NCBI GenBank assembly: GCA_045863395.1
Contig: BTVJ01000041.1
Span: forward strand, 1 to 64,000
Source of the DNA: Myxococcales bacterium
GTDB lineage: Bacteria; Myxococcota_A; UBA9042; JABWCM01; BTVJ01
Reading direction: 5' to 3'
Length of the DNA stretch: 64,000 bases
How positions within the stretch are numbered: the stretch's first letter is position 1; every line of letters begins with the position of its first letter. A program made the translations under genes and the position numbers. The notes beneath the pieces were generated by a model. It was not told the DNA's origin. It worked only from the letters and a program-made list of their open reading frames with translations, and did no database searches. This document shows positions 55,222 through 64,000 of the stretch, in pieces.

Positions 55222-57903
55222 ATGCGACTCCCCCTGCTCGCGCTCCTCGCGCCGGTCGCCCTCGTGGCGTGCGGCGAAGGCCACGACGGCGGCCCGCAGC
55301 GGGAGCGGGAGAGGGAGCTCGAGCTGGGCGTCGTCGAGGGGGCCGTCACCTGCGCGGCGAGCCTCGAGAAGTACCCGGTCCAGGGCAAGCACAACGGCGG
55401 CTGGGACAAGAACGCCCTGACCTACACGTGCCCCGCGCACCCGTCCTCGTCGCCGGACAACTCGGACTTCATCGCCGGAGACCACTACGGCAACGACATC
55501 TTCGGAGCCCTGGGCACGCCGCTGGTCGCCTGCGTCGACGGGACCGTGGCGAGCGTCGCGAACACGTCCATCGGTGGCAAGAACGTCACCATCAAGGACA
55601 AGTGCGGGTGGTACTACTACTACGCCCATATGGACACCATCGCGTCGGACATCAAGGCGGGCATGGCGATCAGCGCCGGAAAGAAGATCGGCACCCTCGG
55701 AAAGACGGGCAACGCCGCGAGCACGTCTCCCCACCTCCACTTCTCCATCTACCCGGGCACCTACACGAAGGGGATCGACCCCTACCCTCTCTTGAAGACG
55801 GTGGACGCGACGTCGTGCAGCGGCACAGCGCCGGCGCCGACGCTGCCCGTCATGGACATCTGGTCCGCGACGGCGGCCACGGACACACGCACGGAGGGCA
55901 AGTCCAAGGGCATCGGCGACGTCTGGGAGGGAGACACCTTCGTGGTCGACATCTACGTGACCGCGAAGGCGACGGGCTCGAAGACGGCGGACCACGTGCA
56001 GATTGGCTATTGGGTGCAGTCTCCCTACCTGAGCCCGACCGCCTACACCATCTATACGGACTGGCCCGCGAAGGACCAGAAGACGTGGAAGGTCAACGAC
56101 GCCAACTCCGAGCCCAAGAACCCGCCGCACACGAACCCGCCGGCTTCGGGGAAGCTGAATATCTATGGAATGAGCCCGGGGGAGACCAAGCGCATCAAGC
56201 TGACCGTCCGCGCCGACAAGTACAGCATCGGCGCGGTGGATCACCCGGACGTCCGCGCGTGGGTGTGGCACGTGGGCAACTACTACGGCGAGATGACGGG
56301 GTGGGACGACCCCGTGGAGACCAACAAGGCCGGCAAGCTGCTCCGCACCTTCCAGCAGCACGACGTCTACGGCAAGACGCATTGGGAGTGGAACGGCACG
56401 GCGCCCGAGCTGGAGGGCTGGGTGAAGGTCGCCGGGGTCACGGCGCTGAAGGTCAACGAGTCGGTCCACGCGATGGCCATCCAGCAGGGTGGCAAGGACC
56501 CGCACGTCAAGGGCCCCGTGACCGCCTTCTCGGCGAGTACCTACAAAGGGGTGGAGCTGCGGGTGCGCCACTACGAGGGGCCGAAGAAGGGCCAGCTCTT
56601 CTGGCTGACGAAGGACGACGGGGCGTGGAGCGAGTCCAAGAGCGCCGTGTTCGTGGCACCTGGCGACGGCGCGTTTCACAAGGTGACGGTCGACACGGGC
56701 AAGGTCGGCACCTGGAAGGGCACCATCACACAGCTCCGCCTGGACCCCACCGTAGAGTGCACGGGCTGGTACGACGTGGACTGGCTGCGAGCCGTCGAGG
56801 CTCCCGGGCCGACCACCGGCGATGCGGACGGTGATGGGGCGCTGGCCGACGTGGACTGCGACGACGGCGACGGGACTGTCAAGCCGGGGGCCAAGGAGGT
56901 CTGCAACGGGAAGGACGACGACTGCGACGGCACGACCGACGAGGGCTTTGACGTCGGCGCGCCTTGCACCGCTGGGACGGGGGCTTGCGCCGCCTCGGGC
57001 AAGCGAGTCTGCAAGGGCGGGGATGCGGTCTGCGGCGCCACGGCAGGCGCCCCGGTGGCAGAGTCGTGCAACGGCAATGACGACGACTGCGACGGCCAGA
57101 CGGACGAGGACTTCGGCCTCGGAGACGCCTGCCAGGTGAGCGCGGGCGCGTGCGTGCGCTCTGGCGTGCGGGTCTGTGTTCCCGGGGGCGGCTCGGTGTG
57201 CGACGCGCCGGCGCCGGTGGCACTGGCCGAGGTCTGCAACGGCCAGGACGACGACTGCGACGGCGACGTGGACGAGGGCTTCGGCGCCGGCGAGCCCTGT
57301 GTGTCGGGGCTCGGGGAGTGTGCGACCGCCGGCACGGTCGCGTGCACCGCAGAGGGCACGGCCGCCTGTGCCGCGGTGGCTCCCGTGGGCTCGCCCGAGC
57401 TGTGCGACGGCCTCGACAACGACTGCGACGGCGCCGTGGACGACGGCTACGCGGTCGGAACGCCCTGCTCGACGGTCTCTTGGGGCTGCGCGGTGGAGGG
57501 AGCGGTGGCCTGTGCCCCCGGGGGCGCTGGCACGTGGTGCGAGGCAGACCCACCCACCGAGCCCTGCGAGGAGGGCGGTGACGCCCGCGGCGACCCCTGG
57601 GCGGAGGACGGGGGCACCCACCCTGACGGCGAGGCGTGGGACCCTGGCGGACCGCGGTGGGGGAGCCCCCCGCCGATGGGCGAGGGCCCTGGGGGCAGCT
57701 TCGGCGGCACGTCGCTCGAGGACGCCGCGGTGCAGGGCGACCCACTGGGAGAGCCAGATTCAGGCGCCGCGGTGATAGGTGGGACAACCGGCGCGGTGAG
57801 CGGAGGCTGCGCCTCGGGCGGCGCGGCACGCTGGTGGTGGGTGGTGCCCCTGCTGGCCTTCGCTCACCGGAGACACAAGCGAGGAGGACACCGATGCGCG
57901 TGA
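55222..57903 (+). CDS. Surface lipoprotein: M23 peptidase, beta-sandwich/CBM-like domains, Cys/Asp-rich MopE-like repeats and a MYXO-CTERM-like tail
   Basis: LVAC lipobox; HYGND, YYAHM, PHLHF; four E.CNG.DDDCDG..DEG-type repeats; C-terminal GGC...WWWVVPLLAFAHRRHKR. Confidence 0.88.
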   Translation: MRLPLLALLAPVALVACGEGHDGGPQRERERELELGVVEGAVTCAASLEKYPVQGKHNGGWDKNALTYTCPAHPSSSPDNSDFIAGDHYGNDIFGALGTPLVACVDGTVASVANTSIGGKNVTIKDKCGWYYYYAHMDTIASDIKAGMAISAGKKIGTLGKTGNAASTSPHLHFSIYPGTYTKGIDPYPLLKTVDATSCSGTAPAPTLPVMDIWSATAATDTRTEGKSKGIGDVWEGDTFVVDIYVTAKATGSKTADHVQIGYWVQSPYLSPTAYTIYTDWPAKDQKTWKVNDANSEPKNPPHTNPPASGKLNIYGMSPGETKRIKLTVRADKYSIGAVDHPDVRAWVWHVGNYYGEMTGWDDPVETNKAGKLLRTFQQHDVYGKTHWEWNGTAPELEGWVKVAGVTALKVNESVHAMAIQQGGKDPHVKGPVTAFSASTYKGVELRVRHYEGPKKGQLFWLTKDDGAWSESKSAVFVAPGDGAFHKVTVDTGKVGTWKGTITQLRLDPTVECTGWYDVDWLRAVEAPGPTTGDADGDGALADVDCDDGDGTVKPGAKEVCNGKDDDCDGTTDEGFDVGAPCTAGTGACAASGKRVCKGGDAVCGATAGAPVAESCNGNDDDCDGQTDEDFGLGDACQVSAGACVRSGVRVCVPGGGSVCDAPAPVALAEVCNGQDDDCDGDVDEGFGAGEPCVSGLGECATAGTVACTAEGTAACAAVAPVGSPELCDGLDNDCDGAVDDGYAVGTPCSTVSWGCAVEGAVACAPGGAGTWCEADPPTEPCEEGGDARGDPWAEDGGTHPDGEAWDPGGPRWGSPPPMGEGPGGSFGGTSLEDAAVQGDPLGEPDSGAAVIGGTTGAVSGGCASGGAARWWWVVPLLAFAHRRHKRGGHRCA

Positions 57904-58382
57904 TGATCCTGGTCGCGTGGCTGCTTGGCGGCTGCGAGGCGGCGGAGACTGCTCCAGGTGGCGACACCAGCGCGACCGCCGGTGCAACGGGGACCGTCAC
58001 CCTCGGCATCGACGGGGGAGTGGTCTTCGGCACGGGGACTGCGATGGCCAAGGGCCACGACCTCAAGGCGGACCTCATGGCCTACAAGAGCGGCACGGGG
58101 CTCGACCTGAAGGCGGGAATCCCGCAGGGGTCCACCTCCCGGCGGCCACTCCACGTGCTGAAGACGCCCGGTGGCACGGACGCCACGTTCGCGAGCCTCG
58201 CGGAGGTGCCGGTGGAGCTGCCGTCGGAGTCCGAGGCCAACGCCTACGCCCACAAGGTCAAGGCGGGGATGGGGATCGTGCTGCGCAACAACGTCTCCGA
58301 GGGCCACACCGTCGTGTGGGTCGAGGCCGCTGGGGGATCGCCCGCCACGGTCACCCTGCAGTACCGAGTGATCTTGGAGTGA
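57894..58382 (+). CDS. Hypothetical lipoprotein
   Basis: GGAGG RBS; MRVMILVAWLLGGC lipobox. Confidence 0.75.
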   Translation: MRVMILVAWLLGGCEAAETAPGGDTSATAGATGTVTLGIDGGVVFGTGTAMAKGHDLKADLMAYKSGTGLDLKAGIPQGSTSRRPLHVLKTPGGTDATFASLAEVPVELPSESEANAYAHKVKAGMGIVLRNNVSEGHTVVWVEAAGGSPATVTLQYRVILE

Positions 58383-58441
58383 CACTGGCTCTCGGCCCTG
58401 TGCAGCTCATTCTTGCACGGGGCCAGTGGGACGGAGGAGAG

Positions 58442-58795
58442 ATGGACGTCAGCCTGGACCGATGGGTGGGCTCCCCACGCGCACGGCTCGCCGTCAGGGT
58501 CCTCGTAGTGCTCGTCGCGTCGGGTCTGTCCGTCGCCTTCTTCGGCCTCTGCGTCCCCTTCTTCCTGCTCTCCGCGGAGGTCCTCCCCTCGCTCGGGGTC
58601 GCCGGTGTGGTCTACCTGGCCTTCGGAGGCCTCGCCGGGCTGCTCTTCGGGGCCATCACGACGTCGGTCAGCCTCCGGCGCAGCCCGCGTCTCGTGACGC
58701 CGTGGTGCGTGGGGCTCATCGGCGCCCTGGCGCTCTTGATCCTCGTCTACACCGTCTCCTACCTGAACGTAGCGTGGATGCAGCGGCACATCTGA
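58442..58795 (+). CDS. Small hypothetical membrane protein (3 TM)
   Basis: GGAGGAG RBS; three hydrophobic segments. Confidence 0.65.
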   Translation: MDVSLDRWVGSPRARLAVRVLVVLVASGLSVAFFGLCVPFFLLSAEVLPSLGVAGVVYLAFGGLAGLLFGAITTSVSLRRSPRLVTPWCVGLIGALALLILVYTVSYLNVAWMQRHI

Positions 58796-58987
58796 CCTGG
58801 GCGCCCGCGCCTCCGAGGAACCTCGCCGGAACACGGTGCCGGACCTCGGGGACCACCCCCGGGGGCCGGACTGCCAGGACCTTGCCCCGCCGCCCCGATG
58901 CTCGTCGGCCCCGCACCGTGACCTGCTCCACCCGAGGGCGCCAGTGGTGCCTCGTTGCCCCCCATCGCCTGTCGCCTGCACCGCCGC

Positions 58988-59045
58988 TTGACACGCCCCT
59001 CTCCTCCACGTATCAATGACCGCCGGGTCAATGACCGACCAGTCA
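58988..59045 (+). promoter_or_regulatory. Sigma70-like promoter (TTGACA-17-TATCAA) followed by two tandem palindromic operators TGACCGCCGGGTCA and TGACCGACCAGTCA
   Basis: -35 at 58988-58993, -10 at 59011-59016, operators at 59017-59030 and 59032-59045, upstream of the TetR gene. Confidence 0.75.
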
Positions 59046-59074
59046 CGAACTTCGAGCGATCCCTGGAGAACGCC

Positions 59075-59755
59075 ATGGCGCGACCCGCCAACCCGAACCT
59101 GGGACAGATGCTGCGCGACGCGGCCCGCGCCGAATTCGCGGAGCGGGGCCTGCGGGCCGTGCGCGTCGAGGACGTGACCCAGCGCGCCGGGGTGGCCAAG
59201 GGCTCGTTCTACATGCACTACGAGAGCAAGGAGCAGCTCTACGAGGCCATCGCCCGGGACTTCCTGGACGAGGTCGCGGCGCGGCTCCTCGGGTTCCGCG
59301 AGTGCGCCTGCCGGGGCGTCGGCGCGGAGCAGATGCGAGCGATGATCGCCATGGACGTCGCGTTCAGCGACTTCCTCTGGGAGAACCGGGACGCCCTGCG
59401 CATGGTCCTGGAGGGAGCCGCGGGCACGAGCCACGCCTATCTGTCCGACGCCTTGGTGGAGCTGTTCGCCCAGCACATGCGCGCCGTGATGCTCGACCCC
59501 TCCTTCGTCGACCAAGGCGCCCACCCGGCCCTGGACCCCGACCTGGTCTCGGACATCGTGACCGGCGCCGTGGTCATGTTTGCGCGGCGCATCTTGAGGG
59601 AGGGGTCGCGCCCGGACTTCCGCAGGTGGTCGACGCAGCTCCACCGGGTGCTGGCGGGCGGGCTGTTCACCCCGGAGGTCGGTGGCGGGCTCATCGCGTG
59701 CCTGGATGAGATCGCCCGAGACGAGACGTTTGATCAGGTCAGGAGTGCTATATGA
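59075..59755 (+). CDS. TetR/AcrR family transcriptional regulator
   Basis: AARAEFAERG...VRVEDVTQRAGVAKGSFYMHYESKEQL HTH. Confidence 0.95.
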   Translation: MARPANPNLGQMLRDAARAEFAERGLRAVRVEDVTQRAGVAKGSFYMHYESKEQLYEAIARDFLDEVAARLLGFRECACRGVGAEQMRAMIAMDVAFSDFLWENRDALRMVLEGAAGTSHAYLSDALVELFAQHMRAVMLDPSFVDQGAHPALDPDLVSDIVTGAVVMFARRILREGSRPDFRRWSTQLHRVLAGGLFTPEVGGGLIACLDEIARDETFDQVRSAI

Positions 59756-60873
59756 AGGTCAAGATAGCCATTGCGCTGTTCGTGCTGTCCGCGGCCGTCT
59801 TCGGGGTGATCATCGCCCAGAAGGTGGACAAGCGCCTCGACGTGCTCGCCGCCGTCCAGGAGGACGGCGAGCGGCGCGCCGCGGAGGCTTCCCGCGTCGT
59901 CCCACCCGTGCTGGTCAATCCCGAACCCCACCCCGGGGGGCGGCGCATCGTGCTCACAGGCACGCTCGTCCCCGAGGCCGCCGTGGACCTGGGCTTCAAG
60001 ATGCCCGGGCGGGTCATCGCGGTGAACGTCAAGCGGGGCGACCACGTGAAGGCGGGCCAGGTGCTGGCGGAGCTCGACGACAAGGAGCTCGACGCGCAGG
60101 CCGCCCAGGCCCGGGCCGCCATCAAGCTTGCCCAGGCGCAGAAGAGCCTGGCCGCCGAGAGCGTGAGCTGGTCGCAGCGCCTCAAGGAGGCGGGAGTGGC
60201 CACCGAGCAGCAGGTCTCCCTCGCCACGAGCCAGGAGGGGGTCAGCGGGGCGGGGATAGCCCAGGCCAAGGCATCGGTGCTGTCCATCGCCGCGGTGCGC
60301 TCCGAGCTGAAGCTGACCGCCCCCATCGACGGCGTCGTCGTCTCGGCCCCTACGACGGCCGGCTTCGTCGCGGCCCCCGGAGTGCCCCTGTTTCGTATCG
60401 AGCGGCTGGACCAGGTGCGCTTCACGGGGCACCTGTCCGAGCGAGACGCCGCGCTCGTGGCCGTCGGCACGCCGGTCCACGTGCGCACCGAGGCCGGTGT
60501 GGAGGCGACGGGGGAGGTGAGCCTCATGCTGGGGAGCCTCGACCGGGCCACGCGGCGCATGCCCATCGAGGCGGTGCTCGACAACGCAGAGGGGCGCCTG
60601 TTCGGGGGCGCCTTCGTCGACGCGACGATCACCGTGGAGACCCCTCCCGTGCTGCGCGTGCCGCTGACTGCGCTGCTCACCGGCGAGGCGCCGTCCGTCC
60701 TGCTGGCCGAAGAGGGCCGACTCAAGCGGCGGCCCATCGTCGTCGACTCGACGCTGGACGGCTGGATCCACGTTCGCGCCGGGCTCTCCCCCACCGACCA
60801 GATCGTCGCCGACCCCGGGGCCACCTGGCGCCCCGGAGACTCCCTGCCCCCCGTCGTGGCGTCCGCAGAGTAG
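59752..60873 (+). CDS. RND efflux periplasmic adaptor (membrane fusion protein)
   Basis: N-terminal TM; GRV..V.V..GD.VKAGQVLAELD, LTAPIDGVV, LDRATR, VP..AL. Confidence 0.93.
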   Translation: MKVKIAIALFVLSAAVFGVIIAQKVDKRLDVLAAVQEDGERRAAEASRVVPPVLVNPEPHPGGRRIVLTGTLVPEAAVDLGFKMPGRVIAVNVKRGDHVKAGQVLAELDDKELDAQAAQARAAIKLAQAQKSLAAESVSWSQRLKEAGVATEQQVSLATSQEGVSGAGIAQAKASVLSIAAVRSELKLTAPIDGVVVSAPTTAGFVAAPGVPLFRIERLDQVRFTGHLSERDAALVAVGTPVHVRTEAGVEATGEVSLMLGSLDRATRRMPIEAVLDNAEGRLFGGAFVDATITVETPPVLRVPLTALLTGEAPSVLLAEEGRLKRRPIVVDSTLDGWIHVRAGLSPTDQIVADPGATWRPGDSLPPVVASAE

Positions 60874-60903
60874 GTCCGCCCCCCCGTACCGAGGAGACTC
60901 GCC

Positions 60904-63900
60904 GTGACACTCTCGGATGTCGCCATCCGCAGGCCCGTCCTGACCACCGTCTTCACCATCGGGGTGATGGTGATGGGCCTCCTGTCCTACTCGAACCTCG
61001 GGACGGACCTGTTCCCCGACGTGAACTTCCCCGTGGTGACCGTCAACACGGTCTACCCCGGCGCCTCGCCCGCCGAGGTGGAGCGGCTGGTGACCAGGCC
61101 CCTCGAAGACGCGGTCGCGGGGATCAGCGGGCTCGACACGGTGCGGTCCTTCAGCCGCGAGTCCATGTCCACGGTCGTCGTGATCTTCAAGCTCGCGACG
61201 GACATCGACGAGGCCGCCACCGACGTCCGGGAGCGGGTGGCGGCGGCACGAGCCAAGCTCCCGACGGACGTTCGGGACCCGGTGATCCGGCGAATCGACG
61301 TGGCGGCCGCGCCGATCATGGTCTTCGTCGCCAACGGCGAGAACATGGCGGACAGCGAGGTGCGCCGCATCACCGAGGACCAGGTCAAGCCGGCGCTGGA
61401 GAGGGTGGCCGGAGTCGCCGCCGTGGAGGTCATCGGCGGCCAGGACCGGGAGATTCGGGTGGACGTGCGCCGGGCCGACATCGCGCGATTGGGGATTCCC
61501 CTCACGGCCGTGGTGGACAAGCTGCGCATCGAGAACCTGAACCTGCCCGCCGGCAGCTACGAGGAGGGGCCGCGGGAGATCTCCGTGCGGCTCCGAGGCG
61601 ACCTGCGCACCGCGGAGGAGGTGGCCGACATCGTGGTGTCCCGGTCGGAGTCCGGGACCCAGATCCATATGAAGGACGTGGCCAATGTGACGGACGGCTT
61701 CGCAGACGTGCGCACCCGCGTCCGAGCCAACGGAAGGTCGGCGGTCGCCTTCGAGATCCAGAAGGCGTCCGGCACCAACACCGTGGAGGTCGCAGAGGCC
61801 GTGCAGGCGCGCCTCAAGGAGCTGGCGCCGACTCTGCCCAAGGGCTACGCCACCAGCGAGATCATGGACACGAGCGTGTTCATCCTGGAGAACGCCCACG
61901 AGGTGGAGATCGCCATCGTCTTCGGCGGGGCCATGGCGATCCTCGTGATCCTGCTCTTCATGCTGGACATGCGGTCTACGCTGATCAGCGCGCTGGCGCT
62001 CCCGACGAGCGTGATTGCCACGTTCATCCTCCTCGACTCCCTCGGCTACACCCTCAACATGATGACCCTGCTCGGGCTGTCGCTGTCCATCGGCCTGCTC
62101 ATCGACGACGCGGTCGTCGTGCGGGAGAGCATCTTCCGGCGGCTGGAGCGGGGAGAGGACCCGAAGACGGCAGCGTCCAAAGGCACGGCGGAGATTGCGT
62201 TTGCCGTGCTGGCCACGACCCTGACCGTGGTCGCCGTGTTCATCCCCGTGGCCTTCATGCAGGGGGTGGTGGGGCAGTTCTTCAAGCAGTTCGGGTTCAC
62301 CGTCGCGGGCGCCGTCATGATCTCGCTGCTCGTGGCGTTCACCCTCGACCCCATGCTCTCCGCCCACTTCGCCGTGAAGGTGGACGCGCACCGGCGCCGC
62401 GCCTGGCCCGTCCGCATGATGGAGGCGATTCATCAGTGGGTCGAGGACACGTATGTGTCCACCCTGCGCTTCGCGGTGCGTCACAAGCTGCTCACGGTGG
62501 CCGTTGGCATTGGAGTCTTCATCGGGTCCATGCAACTCGCCGGCCTCATGGGGTCTGATTTCGTCGCGCCCGAGGATCGGGGGCAGTACATGGTGACAAT
62601 CGAGCTCCCGGCGGGGACGTCTCTGGACGAGACCGGACGCCGCCTGCTGCCTGCGGAGCGGCGCCTGCTCGAGGACCCGAACTTCGTGACCATCTACTCG
62701 AAGCTCGGGCCCAACATGGAGGTCAACAAGGCGCGGTGGCGGGTGGTGACGACGCAGAAGACGGAGCGGGACGTGGGCCTGCTGGAGCTCCAGGAGCAGA
62801 CGCGGGCGGTGTTGCTGGAGCTGGTCCCCGAGGCCAAGGTGTCCATCGAGCCGCCGGCCTTCGTGGAGGGGCTGGAGGAGGGGGCGCCGCTCCAGGTGCA
62901 GGTGCGAGGCCGGGACCAGGACCGCCTGGAGCGAAACGCCATCGCGGTCCGGCGCATGCTGGACAGCATCGCGGGCCTGTCGGACGTGCGGGTGCAGTAC
63001 TCGCCGGGCAAGCCTGAGCAGATGCTGACCATCGACCGCAAGCGGGCCGCGGAGCTCGGGGTGCCCATGCTCGCCGTGGCCCGCACGCTGCGGGCGGCCC
63101 TCGACGGGGAGGAGGCGGGCAACCTGCGCCTGGAGGAGGGAGAGAGCAAGGAGGTGAAGATCCGCGTGCGCCTCCAGCCGCAGGACCGGAGCTCCATGGA
63201 GCGCATCGGGACGCTGCCCATCGCGACGCCAGGCGGTGTGGTCCCCCTGTCGGACCTGCTGGAGACGCAGCCCGCCGCCGGGCCCCAGGTCATCGAGCGG
63301 CAGGACCGGACCCGGCAGATCGTGGTCTCGGGCGTGCCGACCAATCGCTCGCTCGGCGAGGTGCTGGCGGACCTGACGCCTCTGCTCGACGCCCACGACT
63401 TCGGTGAGGACGGGTATTACCACCTGGAGGGCCAGGTCAAGCAGATGAAGGAGACAGGGGCCGCTCTGGGGCTCGCCCTGGCGCTGGCCGTGCTGTTCAT
63501 CTATTTGATCCTCGCGGCGCAGTTCGAGTCCTTCGTGCACCCCCTGACCATCATGCTGTCGCTCCCCTTGGCCTTCGTGGGGGCGTTCGTGGCGCTGTTC
63601 CTGACCGACGCGTCCATGTCCATGGGGTCCAACATCGGCATCATTCTCTTGATGGGGCTCGTGACGAAGAACGCCATCCTGCTCGTGGACGCGGCGCTCG
63701 TGAACCAGCGGGCGGGGGAGACGGCCGTGGAGGCCGTGCTCGACGCGGGGAGGCGCCGCCTGCGGCCCATCCTGATGACGTCGGCGGCGATGATCCTGGG
63801 GATGGTACCAACGGCGATCAGCGACGGGCCGGGCTCCGAGTTCCGGGCACCCATGGCCATCGCCGTCATCGGCGGGGTGATCACGTCGACCATCCTGACC

Positions 63901-64000
63901 TTGGTGGTGGTGCCGGCGGTCTACCTGTGGCTCGACGCGATCATGGCGCTGTTCGGGCGGGTGCGGGCGCGGCTCTTCGGCGCTCGGGCGGCGCAGATCG
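60904..64000 (+). CDS. RND efflux permease (AcrB/AcrD/AcrF family), 3'-incomplete at the window edge
   Basis: GTG start; [70 protein letters not shown]; no stop before 64000. Confidence 0.95.
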   Translation, partial: MTLSDVAIRRPVLTTVFTIGVMVMGLLSYSNLGTDLFPDVNFPVVTVNTVYPGASPAEVERLVTRPLEDAVAGISGLDTVRSFSRESMSTVVVIFKLATDIDEAATDVRERVAAARAKLPTDVRDPVIRRIDVAAAPIMVFVANGENMADSEVRRITEDQVKPALERVAGVAAVEVIGGQDREIRVDVRRADIARLGIPLTAVVDKLRIENLNLPAGSYEEGPREISVRLRGDLRTAEEVADIVVSRSESGTQIHMKDVANVTDGFADVRTRVRANGRSAVAFEIQKASGTNTVEVAEAVQARLKELAPTLPKGYATSEIMDTSVFILENAHEVEIAIVFGGAMAILVILLFMLDMRSTLISALALPTSVIATFILLDSLGYTLNMMTLLGLSLSIGLLIDDAVVVRESIFRRLERGEDPKTAASKGTAEIAFAVLATTLTVVAVFIPVAFMQGVVGQFFKQFGFTVAGAVMISLLVAFTLDPMLSAHFAVKVDAHRRRAWPVRMMEAIHQWVEDTYVSTLRFAVRHKLLTVAVGIGVFIGSMQLAGLMGSDFVAPEDRGQYMVTIELPAGTSLDETGRRLLPAERRLLEDPNFVTIYSKLGPNMEVNKARWRVVTTQKTERDVGLLELQEQTRAVLLELVPEAKVSIEPPAFVEGLEEGAPLQVQVRGRDQDRLERNAIAVRRMLDSIAGLSDVRVQYSPGKPEQMLTIDRKRAAELGVPMLAVARTLRAALDGEEAGNLRLEEGESKEVKIRVRLQPQDRSSMERIGTLPIATPGGVVPLSDLLETQPAAGPQVIERQDRTRQIVVSGVPTNRSLGEVLADLTPLLDAHDFGEDGYYHLEGQVKQMKETGAALGLALALAVLFIYLILAAQFESFVHPLTIMLSLPLAFVGAFVALFLTDASMSMGSNIGIILLMGLVTKNAILLVDAALVNQRAGETAVEAVLDAGRRRLRPILMTSAAMILGMVPTAISDGPGSEFRAPMAIAVIGGVITSTILTLVVVPAVYLWLDAIMALFGRVRARLFGARAAQI

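Overview
High-GC bacterial chromosomal DNA. The gene content (Cys-rich and Asp/Ala-rich lipoproteins, a MYXO-CTERM-like tail, many hybrid kinases, a sigma54 two-component system) suggests an uncultured Myxococcota/deltaproteobacterium; this is an inference. The window opens with a perfect (TAGCGGGGGG)n tandem repeat. A ~4.5 kb patchwork of broken genes follows: an SGNH hydrolase fragment, a frameshifted hypothetical gene plus a 21-bp repeat array, a decayed Phd/VapC toxin-antitoxin pair and the 3' end of an Eco57I/PglX-like methyltransferase. This leads into an intact 1800-aa DEAH/DUF1998 helicase-nuclease, probably a defence-island remnant. The two most interesting loci are (i) a B12-dependent radical SAM enzyme fused in-frame to a lipoprotein-like segment with about 7 repeats of a VxDPxPPD motif, a candidate self-modifying RiPP-like system (13654-16020), and (ii) a Ralstonia phcBSR-like fatty-acid-methyl-ester quorum-sensing cluster (28346-35131). 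Also present: an archease-rtcB operon, an lvaABC-like kinase/acyl-CoA dehydrogenase cluster, an RpoH-like sigma factor, an RlmD-RluA fusion, an M16 peptidase pair, a surface M23 peptidase, several large secreted adhesin-like proteins, and a TetR-RND efflux operon running off the right end. No rRNA, tRNA, CRISPR array or transposase was recognised. All family calls come from motifs read by eye, not from database searches.
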